Shown: positions 10,819-20,115, counted from the first letter of the stretch. The stretch is 31,884 nt of DNA from a virus (IMGVR_UViG_2541047931_000002:1-31884); one strand, 5' to 3'. Numbers and translations are program-made. The notes: a model not told the origin generated them from the letters alone.

Positions 10819-11163
10819 TCAGGCTATTACCTGAAATTCAAGCGTGGCTCTGCTCAGACGGGAGTCAGGATCATACCCCTGCGTTTTAGAAATAACGGAG
10901 GGTGCCAGTTTCCTTACTGCATCAAGCGCCTGCTCACGAATATCATCTGCGTCATCAGGTACTGTCGCCCAGACATCGATCTGCACGGTAATTCTGGATT
11001 CAGCCTGCCCATCAAGCACATCAGATGCCGTGTCAGACACCACAGAAAACACCAGCCACGGCGGAGATACCGCAGGCTTTCCCTCCGTCAGCGGGACCAC
11101 ATAAGGATAAACCTGTCCTCCGGCCAGCTGAGACAACAGGGAATACAGTGTGCCCCCCCTCAT
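10819..11163 (-). CDS. Tail terminator / tail-completion-like protein (DUF3168-type position)
   Basis: 114-aa ORF directly upstream of the major tail gene in an HK97-type gene order; family assignment by position and size only. Confidence 0.5.
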   Translation of the reverse strand: MRGGTLYSLLSQLAGGQVYPYVVPLTEGKPAVSPPWLVFSVVSDTASDVLDGQAESRITVQIDVWATVPDDADDIREQALDAVRKLAPSVISKTQGYDPDSRLSRATLEFQVIA

Positions 11164-11609
11164 TTACTTAAGACCTCATCAATAGCCTGATTCATTCGCT
11201 GTATGGCAACCTGCGCCGCCAGCTCCTCTGTCGTATCGAAAGCCGGGCGAATGAATGGATGCGCGGGCATGTTTATCGTTCCCAGCTCCACAAAGCGCCA
11301 GTAAAATGCATTTCGGGGATCGCTGGCTTTCATGCTGTTATCACTGTTTCCGGTTCGCAGGTTCCGTCCGCGAATGTGGACACCCGAGATAATTTCCCCC
11401 CGACGCTTTGAACGCTGAGTGAGAACAACCACATTTTTCTTCAGTTTCCCGGTTCGCTCCGGCGCACGTTCAACAACTGCATCCCGCATAACTTCAGCAC
11501 CGGCACGGGTGGCATCGCGCAGAACCTTATTGTTTTCTGCCCTGCTGAGCGTCTCCAAATCCCGTGCAATATCCGCCAGGCCGGAAAAATCAAGACTGAA
11601 ATCCATCAC
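11160..11609 (-). CDS. HK97 gp10-family head-tail joining protein
   Basis: 149-aa ORF (MMDFSLDFSGLADIARDLETLSRAENNKVLRDATRAGAEVMRDAVVERAPERTGKLKKN...); ATGA-coupled to its neighbours; typical position. Confidence 0.55.
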   Translation of the reverse strand: MMDFSLDFSGLADIARDLETLSRAENNKVLRDATRAGAEVMRDAVVERAPERTGKLKKNVVVLTQRSKRRGEIISGVHIRGRNLRTGNSDNSMKASDPRNAFYWRFVELGTINMPAHPFIRPAFDTTEELAAQVAIQRMNQAIDEVLSK

Positions 11610-11944
11610 ACATTCCCCTTCAGGCTGCAGAGTATTTCAAGCCGGGTAGCGCGTGCATCCGGTATTGGTGGACCTTCTATACCCAGAATGGCCCCTTTAA
11701 ATGCACCGGTCAGCACTTTCAGACGTGAAGTCGCTGTCACATCGCGCCGGAATCTCATCCAGACTCTGACCGTAGCCTGAGCGGTTTCTGCTCCGCCTGA
11801 GATTATCTCCCTCCCGCTGATACCCTTAACTTCTGCCCATACGGTAGCTCCCTCCGTCACCGTCTCCACCGGATGCCCTGACGGAGAGCGGGCGGTGGTG
11901 ACATTCAGAATAATTACGCGATCACGTAATCTGCCCGCCTGCAT
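11606..11944 (-). CDS. Head closure / head-tail adaptor protein
   Basis: 112-aa ORF in the conserved connector block between major capsid and tail genes. Confidence 0.55.
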   Translation of the reverse strand: MQAGRLRDRVIILNVTTARSPSGHPVETVTEGATVWAEVKGISGREIISGGAETAQATVRVWMRFRRDVTATSRLKVLTGAFKGAILGIEGPPIPDARATRLEILCSLKGNV

Positions 11945-11952
11945 GTCTCCTC

Positions 11953-12270
11953 CTACAAAGGAATAAAACGATAAGGCTCCAGCAGAGAAGAAAAACCAAA
12001 CGGGACTGGTGCCTTGCTGACATCTGAGGAATTTTCCCGGTTTTCGTACCAGTGCCCGACCAGCAACATGAGCGCCAGCAAAACATCATCAGCTATAAGC
12101 ACCCCTTCAGGATCACCTTCCGGCACCGTCTCCTCATAAAGCTTACGGTTGATAAAATTTTCTGCCTTGCGGCAGGCAGCCCGGAAATACAGCATCAGTA
12201 ACTCATCATCAGTTGCATCATCTGTATCAATACGGCACTGCGCCCTGAGTTTTTCCACTATTGCTGCCAT
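11953..12270 (-). CDS. Head-tail connector protein (gp6-like)
   Basis: Frame of ORF 11953..12450; start placed at ATG 12270 (MAAIVEKLRAQCRIDTDDATDDELLMLYFRAACRKAENFINRKLYEE...) with GGAG RBS; the listed start would overlap the capsid gene. Confidence 0.6.
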   Translation of the reverse strand: MAAIVEKLRAQCRIDTDDATDDELLMLYFRAACRKAENFINRKLYEETVPEGDPEGVLIADDVLLALMLLVGHWYENRENSSDVSKAPVPFGFSSLLEPYRFIPL

Positions 12271-12303
12271 CAGAAACTCCTGCCCGCAACACTGTGCGGG
12301 CAT

Positions 12304-12325
12304 AAAAAAACCGCGTCGGCGCGGT
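12304..12325 (-). terminator. Strong intrinsic-terminator-like hairpin after the major capsid gene
   Basis: Minus-strand ACCGCG-CCGA-CGCGGU followed by 7 U, immediately 3' of the capsid stop (12347); a second perfect 8-bp hairpin (12281-12302) follows, then the RBS of the next gene. Confidence 0.5.
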
Positions 12326-12346
12326 CTGTAACTGAACAACGAGTGG

Positions 12347-13564
12347 TTATTTGCCAGTGAGCGCCTTGATGGCTGCCACATCTTCCAGCACACAGTCAAA
12401 ACGATGGAAAGCCAGAAATGCCACCTGATCAAACTCAGCATAACGCTCAACCAGACGTTTCAGTTCCATATAAGTAACGCGGCGAATGATAAAGCGGTTG
12501 AAATCCCCCAGGAAAATGAATTTTTTTCCGGTACCAATCCCGTCAATAGCCTGATCAATAACATAAGGGATCCCCAGCACAGTAGCCGGCGTACCGCCTG
12601 CAATATCCGGCAGCCATAACGGGCGTTTCTGCCCATCCTCCATCTCTTCAATAGTCTGCAATGTGGCATCATTGAATGCCCAGCGGTATTTCGGCCCACC
12701 ACGATATGCCGGATCAATGGCATGTTTCAGGGCATTCATTTCTTTCCAGGTGAAAGCGGCAGAGGCTGCAGTCTGGATGGTTCCCGTCACCGACGCTGCC
12801 AGCCCTTTTGGCTGTAACGGTGATCCCGTTCCGGTCCCCTGAACCAGATATTTTGCCTCTCCACGACCAATACGCTGGGCAATACGGTTTGCCAGATAAG
12901 ATTCAATATCCACCCCACTGTCCTGGAGCAGCTCATTGGACACACGAATTATTTTTGATGACAGCTTTTTAGCCCCCAGAATAGCGGTCCCGAACGTCAC
13001 ATCCTGTTCCGTTGCGGCTGTATTTTCCGCCAGCAGTTCGCCCTCTTCAGTCGTGCCATCAGACGTTGACCAGGTGATATCCTGCCCGGTTGATGTGGTC
13101 AGAAGTTGCGCCACACTGGCAATCCCGCCATAAGCCTTCATGGTGTCAATGATTTTGTTACGCATCTGCGTGGGCACCGTATATCCGCCCTGAGAATCCG
13201 TTGTTACACTCTGAGCCCGCAGTTCACGCATCAGATTACGCTCTTCAGCATTCAGTTCTGCAAATCCGGCACGCAGAAAACGGTTAAATGCCGCAGCGCG
13301 CTTCTCTTCCACCGCCTTTTTCCCGTTCTCCGCCTCATTATTCTGGCGCTCTTCCGGCCCGGACTCATCCACATATGCCTGATCCTGACGGCGCAACTCT
13401 TCTTCACGGGCGATTTGCTCATCCAGCGCATCCAGCTCAGCTTTCGCCCTGTTCCACTCTGCCCGTTGCTCATCAGTCCATGCGTTATCACCAATTTTTT
13501 CATGCAGTGCACGCATATCCTTTGCAATGGTGTTTCGTTTTTGCTTCATCTCATGAAGTTTCAT
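12347..13564 (-). CDS. Major capsid protein, HK97 family
   Basis: 405-aa ORF with N-terminal coiled-coil delta domain (MKLHEMKQKRNTIAKDMRALHEKIGD...) and HK97-fold-like body; follows the prohead protease. Confidence 0.9.
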   Translation of the reverse strand: MKLHEMKQKRNTIAKDMRALHEKIGDNAWTDEQRAEWNRAKAELDALDEQIAREEELRRQDQAYVDESGPEERQNNEAENGKKAVEEKRAAAFNRFLRAGFAELNAEERNLMRELRAQSVTTDSQGGYTVPTQMRNKIIDTMKAYGGIASVAQLLTTSTGQDITWSTSDGTTEEGELLAENTAATEQDVTFGTAILGAKKLSSKIIRVSNELLQDSGVDIESYLANRIAQRIGRGEAKYLVQGTGTGSPLQPKGLAASVTGTIQTAASAAFTWKEMNALKHAIDPAYRGGPKYRWAFNDATLQTIEEMEDGQKRPLWLPDIAGGTPATVLGIPYVIDQAIDGIGTGKKFIFLGDFNRFIIRRVTYMELKRLVERYAEFDQVAFLAFHRFDCVLEDVAAIKALTGK

Positions 13565-13578
13565 CGTCAGTAGTATCC

Positions 13579-14178
13579 TTATGCATTAAGAAGGGTCAAA
13601 AGACGCTCACGCGCCATTCGTTCGTTAACAGCTTTCTTCAGCGCACCACTCGCCCGCGCTTCCTGCCAGGCTTTCATTGAGCGGACACCAGAGTCTGCGT
13701 CCTGATAGGCCGGATATGTCACCGGGCTGACGTCATACAGACGAGAAATGCGCGTGATTTCCCGGATAACAATCCCCTCGTCGTCTTCATACCAGCTCTC
13801 TCCGTCACGGGCGACACGAAACGCGAACGAGGACTGATTAATGTCACCACGCAACATTGGAGACAGCACCAGGTCACAAATAGTCGGAGTATCCGGTGCA
13901 ACAATGTCATAACGTAAACCGCGTTCATCCACCGACAATGACAACGTGCCGGCAGAACTTCGTCCGAGAATGAAATTAGGATCATGATTAAACAAGCCAC
14001 GTACATCATCATTCAGTACATCATCAAAAGCCCCCGGCTTGATGATTTCACGAAATCCCCACAGAGGTTCTGAACGACTGTTAAATACCGAGCCATACCC
14101 CAGAATGTGGGTCGGGGCATTATCATATTGTTCCGCCCGCACCTCCCCGCTGTAACAGCGCGTTTCACGGTCATTCAT
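13579..14178 (-). CDS. Prohead protease, HK97 family
   Basis: 199-aa ORF between portal and capsid; overlaps the portal 3' end by 8 nt. Confidence 0.85.
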   Translation of the reverse strand: MNDRETRCYSGEVRAEQYDNAPTHILGYGSVFNSRSEPLWGFREIIKPGAFDDVLNDDVRGLFNHDPNFILGRSSAGTLSLSVDERGLRYDIVAPDTPTICDLVLSPMLRGDINQSSFAFRVARDGESWYEDDEGIVIREITRISRLYDVSPVTYPAYQDADSGVRSMKAWQEARASGALKKAVNERMARERLLTLLNA

Positions 14179-15397
14179 CGTTCTTTTCCTCTTTGCCTTT
14201 CGTATCTTTAAAGTTATTCAACGGATTTGCTGCATTTACGCTGACCAGCATTTCATCCAGACCGTCAACCGGATTCATATCCTCAAATGCCCTGGCTTCA
14301 TTCCGACTCATCCAGCCATCTGTAATGGCAAAGTGATAGAACTGCGCACGCTCCTGTGGGGTCCCACGGAGCAACCCCGTGAGGTTGAAACGAACGTAAT
14401 ACCCGGCAGCCCGTTCTGTACGGGTAAACAGGCGACGGTTAAGCTCCTGCTCCCAGTTCGCAACCCAGGGCATCATCGTGTAGCGAACAAACTGAATCGC
14501 CTGCTGCGTAATATTCGAAAATGTGGCTTTTTCCAGGTCATTAATCATGTGCGCCGGGACATTAAAAATCCCGGCAATCATCGACCGGTTCAGCTTGGTC
14601 ATATCAATGATCTGAGCATCCACCGGAGAAACTGTCAGAGCGCGGTAATCCAGTTGCGCAGGCAGCAACATGGTTTTATTTTCCTGGCTGCGAAGCGCTG
14701 TCACCGCCCGCTGCCACATATTTTTAAGCCTGCCCCAGCTTTGTTCGTTCAGTTCATTTTTCACAGAAATAATACCGGCAGGACGGGCATTACCGTTAAA
14801 AAAGGCGCTGGTATACTGCTGGCCACTCATTCCCATACCAATGGTTTCAGCATGCTGCATGATCGGGCTCAGTCCCATTTTCTGATTGTTTCCCAGCGCC
14901 CTGATATGGATCATGTCGTCCGGACTTACCGCAAATGCACCCTCTTCGTTATACACCCCGTAAGTATGACGCCCACCGGTGTTAAGTAACGTGGTTTCCC
15001 ATGGCATACAGCATTCAAGGCTGGTAACCTCTCCACGACGATTACGTTTTACCCACGTATAACCATTGCCCCACCCCAGCACATGACGCTGCTTCAGTTC
15101 CCGCCACTTATAGCTGGTCTGCCAGGCATTAGGTTCATCATGAACGAGCCAGAACAACGGATGATCGCGTGCCGGCTGAACATGCTCATTCGTTTTTCGC
15201 ATCACATGCAGGGGCATCTGAGCCACACTGGATGAAATAACATAAATACAGGCATAGACAGCAGCCAGCTTCATGGATGTTTCCGGACTGACATACACAT
15301 CCCGGGCAAAAATATTATCCGTCTCAGCGGCCTCTCCGGTTACCGGAACCGAGGGATTTTCCAGAGGCTCACTGCGAAACAGAGCATCAAGAAGCAT
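14171..15397 (-). CDS. Portal protein, HK97 family
   Basis: 408-aa ORF downstream of the large terminase; AGGAGA RBS; typical size and position. Confidence 0.9.
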   Translation of the reverse strand: MLLDALFRSEPLENPSVPVTGEAAETDNIFARDVYVSPETSMKLAAVYACIYVISSSVAQMPLHVMRKTNEHVQPARDHPLFWLVHDEPNAWQTSYKWRELKQRHVLGWGNGYTWVKRNRRGEVTSLECCMPWETTLLNTGGRHTYGVYNEEGAFAVSPDDMIHIRALGNNQKMGLSPIMQHAETIGMGMSGQQYTSAFFNGNARPAGIISVKNELNEQSWGRLKNMWQRAVTALRSQENKTMLLPAQLDYRALTVSPVDAQIIDMTKLNRSMIAGIFNVPAHMINDLEKATFSNITQQAIQFVRYTMMPWVANWEQELNRRLFTRTERAAGYYVRFNLTGLLRGTPQERAQFYHFAITDGWMSRNEARAFEDMNPVDGLDEMLVSVNAANPLNNFKDTKGKEEKNDE

Positions 15398-15548
15398 GTT
15401 TTCTCCTCATGGACACCACCAGTGCATAAAGCAGCAACAAACAGCCCGACAGCATCAGAGACGCTGGCAGACCTGCATACAGATAAACGCCAGCAGTGAG
15501 CAAACCGAAACCGATCAGCCCGGTCATATCAGTAATAAGCTGTTTCAC
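15387..15548 (-). CDS. Small hydrophobic protein (about 53 aa) between large terminase and portal
   Basis: Unlisted ORF (below 60 aa) translated by hand: (V/M)KQLITDMTGLIGFGLLTAGVYLYAGLPASLMLSGCLLLLYALVVSMRRKHAS. GTG start overlaps the TerL stop, GAGGA about 12 nt upstream; two hydrophobic stretches; fills an otherwise unexplained 150-bp gap. Confidence 0.3.
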   Translation of the reverse strand: MKQLITDMTGLIGFGLLTAGVYLYAGLPASLMLSGCLLLLYALVVSMRRKHAS

Positions 15549-17302
15549 AGAATTAACAGGTCCTCATCAGGATCAAGCGTGGACAGAAAGTCATTCACGC
15601 CCCCTCCATTTACCAGAAAGCGGCTCATGGCTGTAAAAAGCGCAACAGGGCCGTCGATTTTGGCTTCCGGCGTGGATTTATTCGGGAAGATGTTGTCGTT
15701 TTTGTCCGGTTTTACAGTAACGTTAGACATCATCCAGTTCATGACCGGATGATTGCTGTGATGGAAACGCCCGGCATAAACCAGTGATTCCGTTTCCTTC
15801 ATGGCCTCTGACAGATTGCGGACCGTCTGCGGAACCTCCACCAGCGGTATCCCTTCTTCAGCCAGTGCCAGGCTGAACTGCATTGCGCTCCACGGGTCAA
15901 ATCCCAGTTCCCTGAGGTTTTCACCGCCAATCCATTCCAGTAAGTCACTTTTTATCTGAGCATGATCGATAACATCGCCATCCGTCAGGATGAGCTTATC
16001 CATCTCCGCCCACTTCCGGTAAAGTTCTGCCTGCTGCCGCGAGCATCGTTCCAGCCGTCCTTCCGGAAGCCAGAATTTAAAATCAGCATGAACATGTCCG
16101 TTATCGGTTCGCCAGAGTTTTGCCGCCGCACAGATATCAATCTTATGAGCAAGGTCGACGCCGACCCACATGGGATATGTTTTCAGCTCATGTTGTGGAG
16201 CAATGTATTCGCACTTCTCCCACTTAATCATATCCATCCAGGCAGATTCGGCAGTGACCCACACATTCATGTGTTTGGTAAAAAAATTCACCCGCGCAGA
16301 GACCTGCTCCTTCGCTTTTTTCGCCAGACGACGCAGATCATCCCAGCGTTTACAGATGCCCAGGCCAGGATTCGCTTTCTGCCAGACCGTTTCATCAAAC
16401 GGATCATCTCCCTCATCAAGCGTGTAAATGATCGCAAAGTAAGAGTCGTCTTTTACAGCGCCCTCCACGTCGCTGTTAAAGCCTCGCAATACCTTGATGG
16501 CGTAATCACGCTGCTCGTAACAAATCCCTTCCTTGTTAAAGCCAGCCGTGGTGATACCAAATAACAGGGACTGCAGACGGGCACCGGTTGCCGTTTCCAG
16601 AACGTCCCACACGTCGCGGGTTTTATGTGCATGCAGCTCATCAATAATGGCGCAGTGGATGTTCAGACCGTCCAGGTTGTTTGCATCCGAGGAAAGCGGT
16701 TCAAATTTTGATGCGCTCTGCTCCTGGTAAATCGCCAGCTTGTTGAAATCAAACAACCGCCCGAGTGTCGACCGGGCTTTTCTGACCATATTTTTGGCGT
16801 CTTCAAACACGATTCTGGCCTGGTCACGCGTGGTTGCGGCTGAATACACCTCAGCTCCGCCTTCACTATCTGCCCCCGTCATATACAGGCCGATACCCGA
16901 TGACAGTGTTGATTTTGCGTTTTTACGGGCGACTTCGTTGTACGCCGTCCGGAACCGGCGCACCATCACCGGACGTCCGCTGCCATCGCTGCGCATGACA
17001 ACTTCCCCGGTTTCTTCATTGACCAGCGGAATGACAAAACCAAAAATATTAATGAGGATAAATACATGCCAGTCCATCAACTCAATGGGCTGGCCTGCCA
17101 GTGCCCCTTTTACATGAGGCACAAATTTGTAGAAATTCAGGATGTGCTGCGCACGGGGTTCACTGAAATAAATCCCCCGCTTTTCGCCGTACTTCAGATC
17201 ATCAAGAAAACGCTGGCAGGCCAGGCGGACAAATTCGCCAGCAACAATTTCTCCTGCAACAACACGTTCGGCGTAGCGGATCCCGTCAGCCACTTTTGCC
17301 AT
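15545..17302 (-). CDS. Terminase large subunit
   Basis: 585-aa ORF with N-terminal ATPase and C-terminal nuclease regions; start overlaps the TerS stop (TGATG). Confidence 0.9.
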   Translation of the reverse strand: MAKVADGIRYAERVVAGEIVAGEFVRLACQRFLDDLKYGEKRGIYFSEPRAQHILNFYKFVPHVKGALAGQPIELMDWHVFILINIFGFVIPLVNEETGEVVMRSDGSGRPVMVRRFRTAYNEVARKNAKSTLSSGIGLYMTGADSEGGAEVYSAATTRDQARIVFEDAKNMVRKARSTLGRLFDFNKLAIYQEQSASKFEPLSSDANNLDGLNIHCAIIDELHAHKTRDVWDVLETATGARLQSLLFGITTAGFNKEGICYEQRDYAIKVLRGFNSDVEGAVKDDSYFAIIYTLDEGDDPFDETVWQKANPGLGICKRWDDLRRLAKKAKEQVSARVNFFTKHMNVWVTAESAWMDMIKWEKCEYIAPQHELKTYPMWVGVDLAHKIDICAAAKLWRTDNGHVHADFKFWLPEGRLERCSRQQAELYRKWAEMDKLILTDGDVIDHAQIKSDLLEWIGGENLRELGFDPWSAMQFSLALAEEGIPLVEVPQTVRNLSEAMKETESLVYAGRFHHSNHPVMNWMMSNVTVKPDKNDNIFPNKSTPEAKIDGPVALFTAMSRFLVNGGGVNDFLSTLDPDEDLLIL

Positions 17303-17784
17303 CAGTCTCTCGCTTTTAAAAGCTCTGCCAGCGGATCAACATTATCCGGTCCGGCGGTATTTACTTTTGCCCGGCTTGCCGGTGACATACCAAATTCTGC
17401 AAGCATCGCCCGGATCCGCTTCCAGGCATCCGCTTTCATCGCAGCAGCCGGGTGTGCCTTAATCAGCACATCACCGTTCTGCGTTTCCGAGCGGTAGGTG
17501 TACCCCTCAACATCGAGTGTTTCGCAGTGATGCCGGTATTCGGTATAGGCTTCCACCAGTAGCTCAAGCGCACGCGCATCAAGCTGAGAAATGATCCCTT
17601 CCGCATTCAGCTCTTCCGCCATTCGCCTGAACCAGTACTTCCCCTGCGCCCCTAAATGTTGCGGAATTTTAGGGAGACCTTTTTCATCCTTTTTAGCGGT
17701 TTTTTTGAGGTCTTTAACTGGCCGCTTTGAGGGGTTGCCTCGTATCAAATGCAGGCGTGGCGGGATTTTCGGGGGTCCAGACAT
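17302..17784 (-). CDS. Terminase small subunit (P27 / HK97-like)
   Basis: 160-aa ORF MSGPPKIPPRLHLIRGNPSKRPVKDLKK... directly upstream of TerL; an HNH endonuclease is nearby, as in HK97-like cos phages. Confidence 0.8.
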   Translation of the reverse strand: MSGPPKIPPRLHLIRGNPSKRPVKDLKKTAKKDEKGLPKIPQHLGAQGKYWFRRMAEELNAEGIISQLDARALELLVEAYTEYRHHCETLDVEGYTYRSETQNGDVLIKAHPAAAMKADAWKRIRAMLAEFGMSPASRAKVNTAGPDNVDPLAELLKARD

Positions 17785-18013
17785 AATCGGTTTTACCTAT
17801 CAATCATTTAATCACATTCCAAAAAAAAGTTTTCGAACCTGCGGCGATGCGAGGAAAGGTCAGGCGGCGGTACTGAGCAGCCTGGGTTGCAGAGATTTGA
17901 TCCCCCCCCTCCCCCTTGAAGATGGCGGCAAAAAGCAGATACTGGCCACCCATCAGGATGCTCAGCATGGTGTATTCAGTTAATCTCAATAAATAAAAGA
18001 TGGAGTCTAAGAA

Positions 18014-18529
18014 ATGGATAAAACCAGAAAATATGACAGAGCCTTACAACTTGAAATCCTCAATGCCCTTATAGATTGCGCGCCTAACTCTTTAAACAAG
18101 GCACAGGAGCGAGACCTCATTGAGAAGTTTGACAGTTACGATCACTTTGTGGCGTGCATGTTATACCTTGAAATGCATGGTCTCGTTTCCACCCCCTTCA
18201 TACGCAGTGACACCATGGCTGGCGTTGAGTTTATCTTCTGTGCCCCTAACTGCTACATTACAGAAAAAGGAATTGATTTTCTTCTCGATGATGGCGGCTT
18301 AAGTGCGATCCTTAAAGTTCAGACCTTTCGGTTACACAGTGACACGATTGTTGCCCTTGAGGATATAATCCGTGTCGCAAATATATCTGAAGATCAGAAG
18401 AAGGGATTGATTTCAAAACTCCGAGAGCTTCCGGGAGACGCCATAAAACATTTGACCCTACAGTTACTGACTCAGGGGGTTCTGAATCTGCCGAACGCAC
18501 TTCGACTAATTCAAACAACCCTCCAGTAG
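18014..18529 (+). CDS. Hypothetical protein (171 aa), opposite-strand cargo gene between lysis and packaging modules
   Basis: ATG with GGAG about 10 nt upstream; lower GC than its flanks; hairpin GGGGCGAATT/AATTTGCCCC (18546-18571) plus T-run after the stop; no family recognised. Confidence 0.5.
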   Translation: MDKTRKYDRALQLEILNALIDCAPNSLNKAQERDLIEKFDSYDHFVACMLYLEMHGLVSTPFIRSDTMAGVEFIFCAPNCYITEKGIDFLLDDGGLSAILKVQTFRLHSDTIVALEDIIRVANISEDQKKGLISKLRELPGDAIKHLTLQLLTQGVLNLPNALRLIQTTLQ

Positions 18530-18664
18530 GGCTAAACTCATCTGAGGGGCGAATTAACTCAAATTTGCCCCATCCCAGTTTTTCACTTAAAACAACCCAA
18601 AATCCCTCCCGGGTATCTGCATGAATATAGAAACTATTTTTATGCATTACAGCAGTGAATATTA

Positions 18665-19015
18665 TCATCGAATACGTTCCCTTGCTGTCTTCTCTCTGTG
18701 GCATTCCCTGCATAACGACTCAAGATTGGAGTCATCATCGGTGCCGCCATGAGCTTTTGGAATCATGTGGTCTACAGTCCTGGCCTCAACGGCTCGTCCA
18801 TTGCGCAGACAGTTCTTACACAGATGGTTATCACGCTTCAGTATACGCGCACGTATAACATCCCATTTCGAGCCATAGCCACGCTGGTGGCGACTCAGTC
18901 CGCGTTGATGCTGTACCCATCCTTCACCACGATGTTTATCGCAGTAACCAGAACTGTCTGTGGTTGTACCTGCGCATCCACGCTTACGGCAGGCACGTGG
19001 GATTCGTGATGGCAT
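18665..19015 (-). CDS. HNH endonuclease (packaging-associated)
   Basis: 116-aa ORF with Cys/His clusters (CRKRGC...CDKH...HLCKNC...DHMIPKAHGGTDDDSNLESLCRECHREK). Confidence 0.85.
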   Translation of the reverse strand: MPSRIPRACRKRGCAGTTTDSSGYCDKHRGEGWVQHQRGLSRHQRGYGSKWDVIRARILKRDNHLCKNCLRNGRAVEARTVDHMIPKAHGGTDDDSNLESLCRECHREKTARERIR

Positions 19016-19057
19016 AAATACCTCATACCCTGCGAAATGTTTACCACGATAAAAAGG

Positions 19058-19522
19058 CTACTTAATGCACTGAGTGCGGATATACTCCTGTGCCCCTTCC
19101 AGTTGCATCTGCATCGTCATCAGCCGCTCTCTGAGGGTGAAATAATCCCGTTCAGCGGTGTCTGCCTGTCGGGGGCTGGTTGCATTATCCACGCCGGAGG
19201 CGGTGGTGGCTTCACGCACTGACTGACAGACTGCTTTGATGTGCAACCGACGACGACCAGCGGCAACATCATCACGCAAAGCATCATTTTCAGCCTTCGC
19301 ATCAGCTAACTCCTTCAGGTATTTTGCATCGAGTGCAGCAACATCACGCTGGCGTATCTGCATGTCAGTAATGATTGCGGTCGCCTGGTTGAGTTTTTCC
19401 ATCACATTATCGCGTTGCGCTTTGTAGGTAATGGCATTATCACGGTAATGATTAACAGCCCATGACAGGCAGACGATGATGCAGATAACCAGAGCATAAA
19501 TAATCGCGGCAACTCTGCTCAC
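19058..19522 (-). CDS. Rz: Spanin, inner-membrane subunit Rz
   Basis: Frame of ORF 19058..19537; start placed at GTG 19522 ([38 protein letters not shown]...), which overlaps the endolysin stop (GTGA); closely resembles lambda Rz. Confidence 0.85.
   Translation of the reverse strand: MSRVAAIIYALVICIIVCLSWAVNHYRDNAITYKAQRDNVMEKLNQATAIITDMQIRQRDVAALDAKYLKELADAKAENDALRDDVAAGRRRLHIKAVCQSVREATTASGVDNATSPRQADTAERDYFTLRERLMTMQMQLEGAQEYIRTQCIK
19120..19302 (-). CDS. Rz1: Spanin, outer-membrane lipoprotein subunit Rz1 (embedded in Rz, other frame)
   Basis: 60-aa [45 protein letters not shown]... with lipobox VVGC and proline-rich segment; nested in Rz. Confidence 0.8.
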   Translation of the reverse strand: MRRLKMMLCVMMLPLVVVGCTSKQSVSQCVKPPPPPAWIMQPAPDRQTPLNGIISPSESG

Positions 19523-20052
19523 TGCTCTATCCCCCAACAGGCTAATGCGCTCTCCTGATCACGACGAATAACCTGACCGTAACAGTTATTTGAACGAAGG
19601 CGGCAATCGCGCCCCCTGTCCTTAATCCACCAGCGAATCGCCTCGCAGGCACCTTTACGATCACCTGCATTCAGCCGCTTATAAAATGTCGACGGAAAAC
19701 ACTTACCGGGGCCAATGTTATAGGGACAAAATGACGCGATACCCGCTTTTTGTGGTTCGGTCAGTGTTACTTTAATATTGCGATCCACCCATGCCAGCGC
19801 CTTATCACGTTCAATAGCGTTAACCTGGTCGCATTTTTCCTTCGACAGTTTCATACCGGGAAAAACGGGTTTTCCATCCACCATCGTGGCACCCCGACAG
19901 ATGGTCCAGATGCCGGACCCATCGCGGTATGCCGTTGTGTGGTTACCTTCTTTTTCATCCAGAAACTGGTCGAGAATATCAGGCGCGGGCGCACCGACGG
20001 CAATCAGTGCCAGAACGGCAGCCGACAGGCCGTATCTGATTTTTGCGTTCAT
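19519..20052 (-). CDS. R: SAR endolysin (T4-lysozyme-like, N-terminal signal-anchor-release domain)
   Basis: 177-aa [57 protein letters not shown]...; hydrophobic N-terminus followed by lysozyme catalytic region; resembles the R of Stx-type and phage-21-type phages. Confidence 0.85.
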   Translation of the reverse strand: MNAKIRYGLSAAVLALIAVGAPAPDILDQFLDEKEGNHTTAYRDGSGIWTICRGATMVDGKPVFPGMKLSKEKCDQVNAIERDKALAWVDRNIKVTLTEPQKAGIASFCPYNIGPGKCFPSTFYKRLNAGDRKGACEAIRWWIKDRGRDCRLRSNNCYGQVIRRDQESALACWGIEQ

Positions 20053-20115
20053 GGATATTTATCAGGATTTATCGGTTTCTGCCCACGGACAGGTTTATCT
20101 GTTCCGGTCAGTGAA

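Noticed and set aside
18312-18713. 133-aa minus-strand ORF overlapping the 3' half of the plus-strand cargo gene and the HNH 3' end
   Set aside because: It overlaps the better-supported 171-aa plus ORF by 218 bp and the HNH gene by 48 bp, its first codon is not preceded by a convincing RBS, and the plus ORF has the promoter / RBS / hairpin layout of a moron. Kept as the alternative if transcription proves to be minus-strand only.
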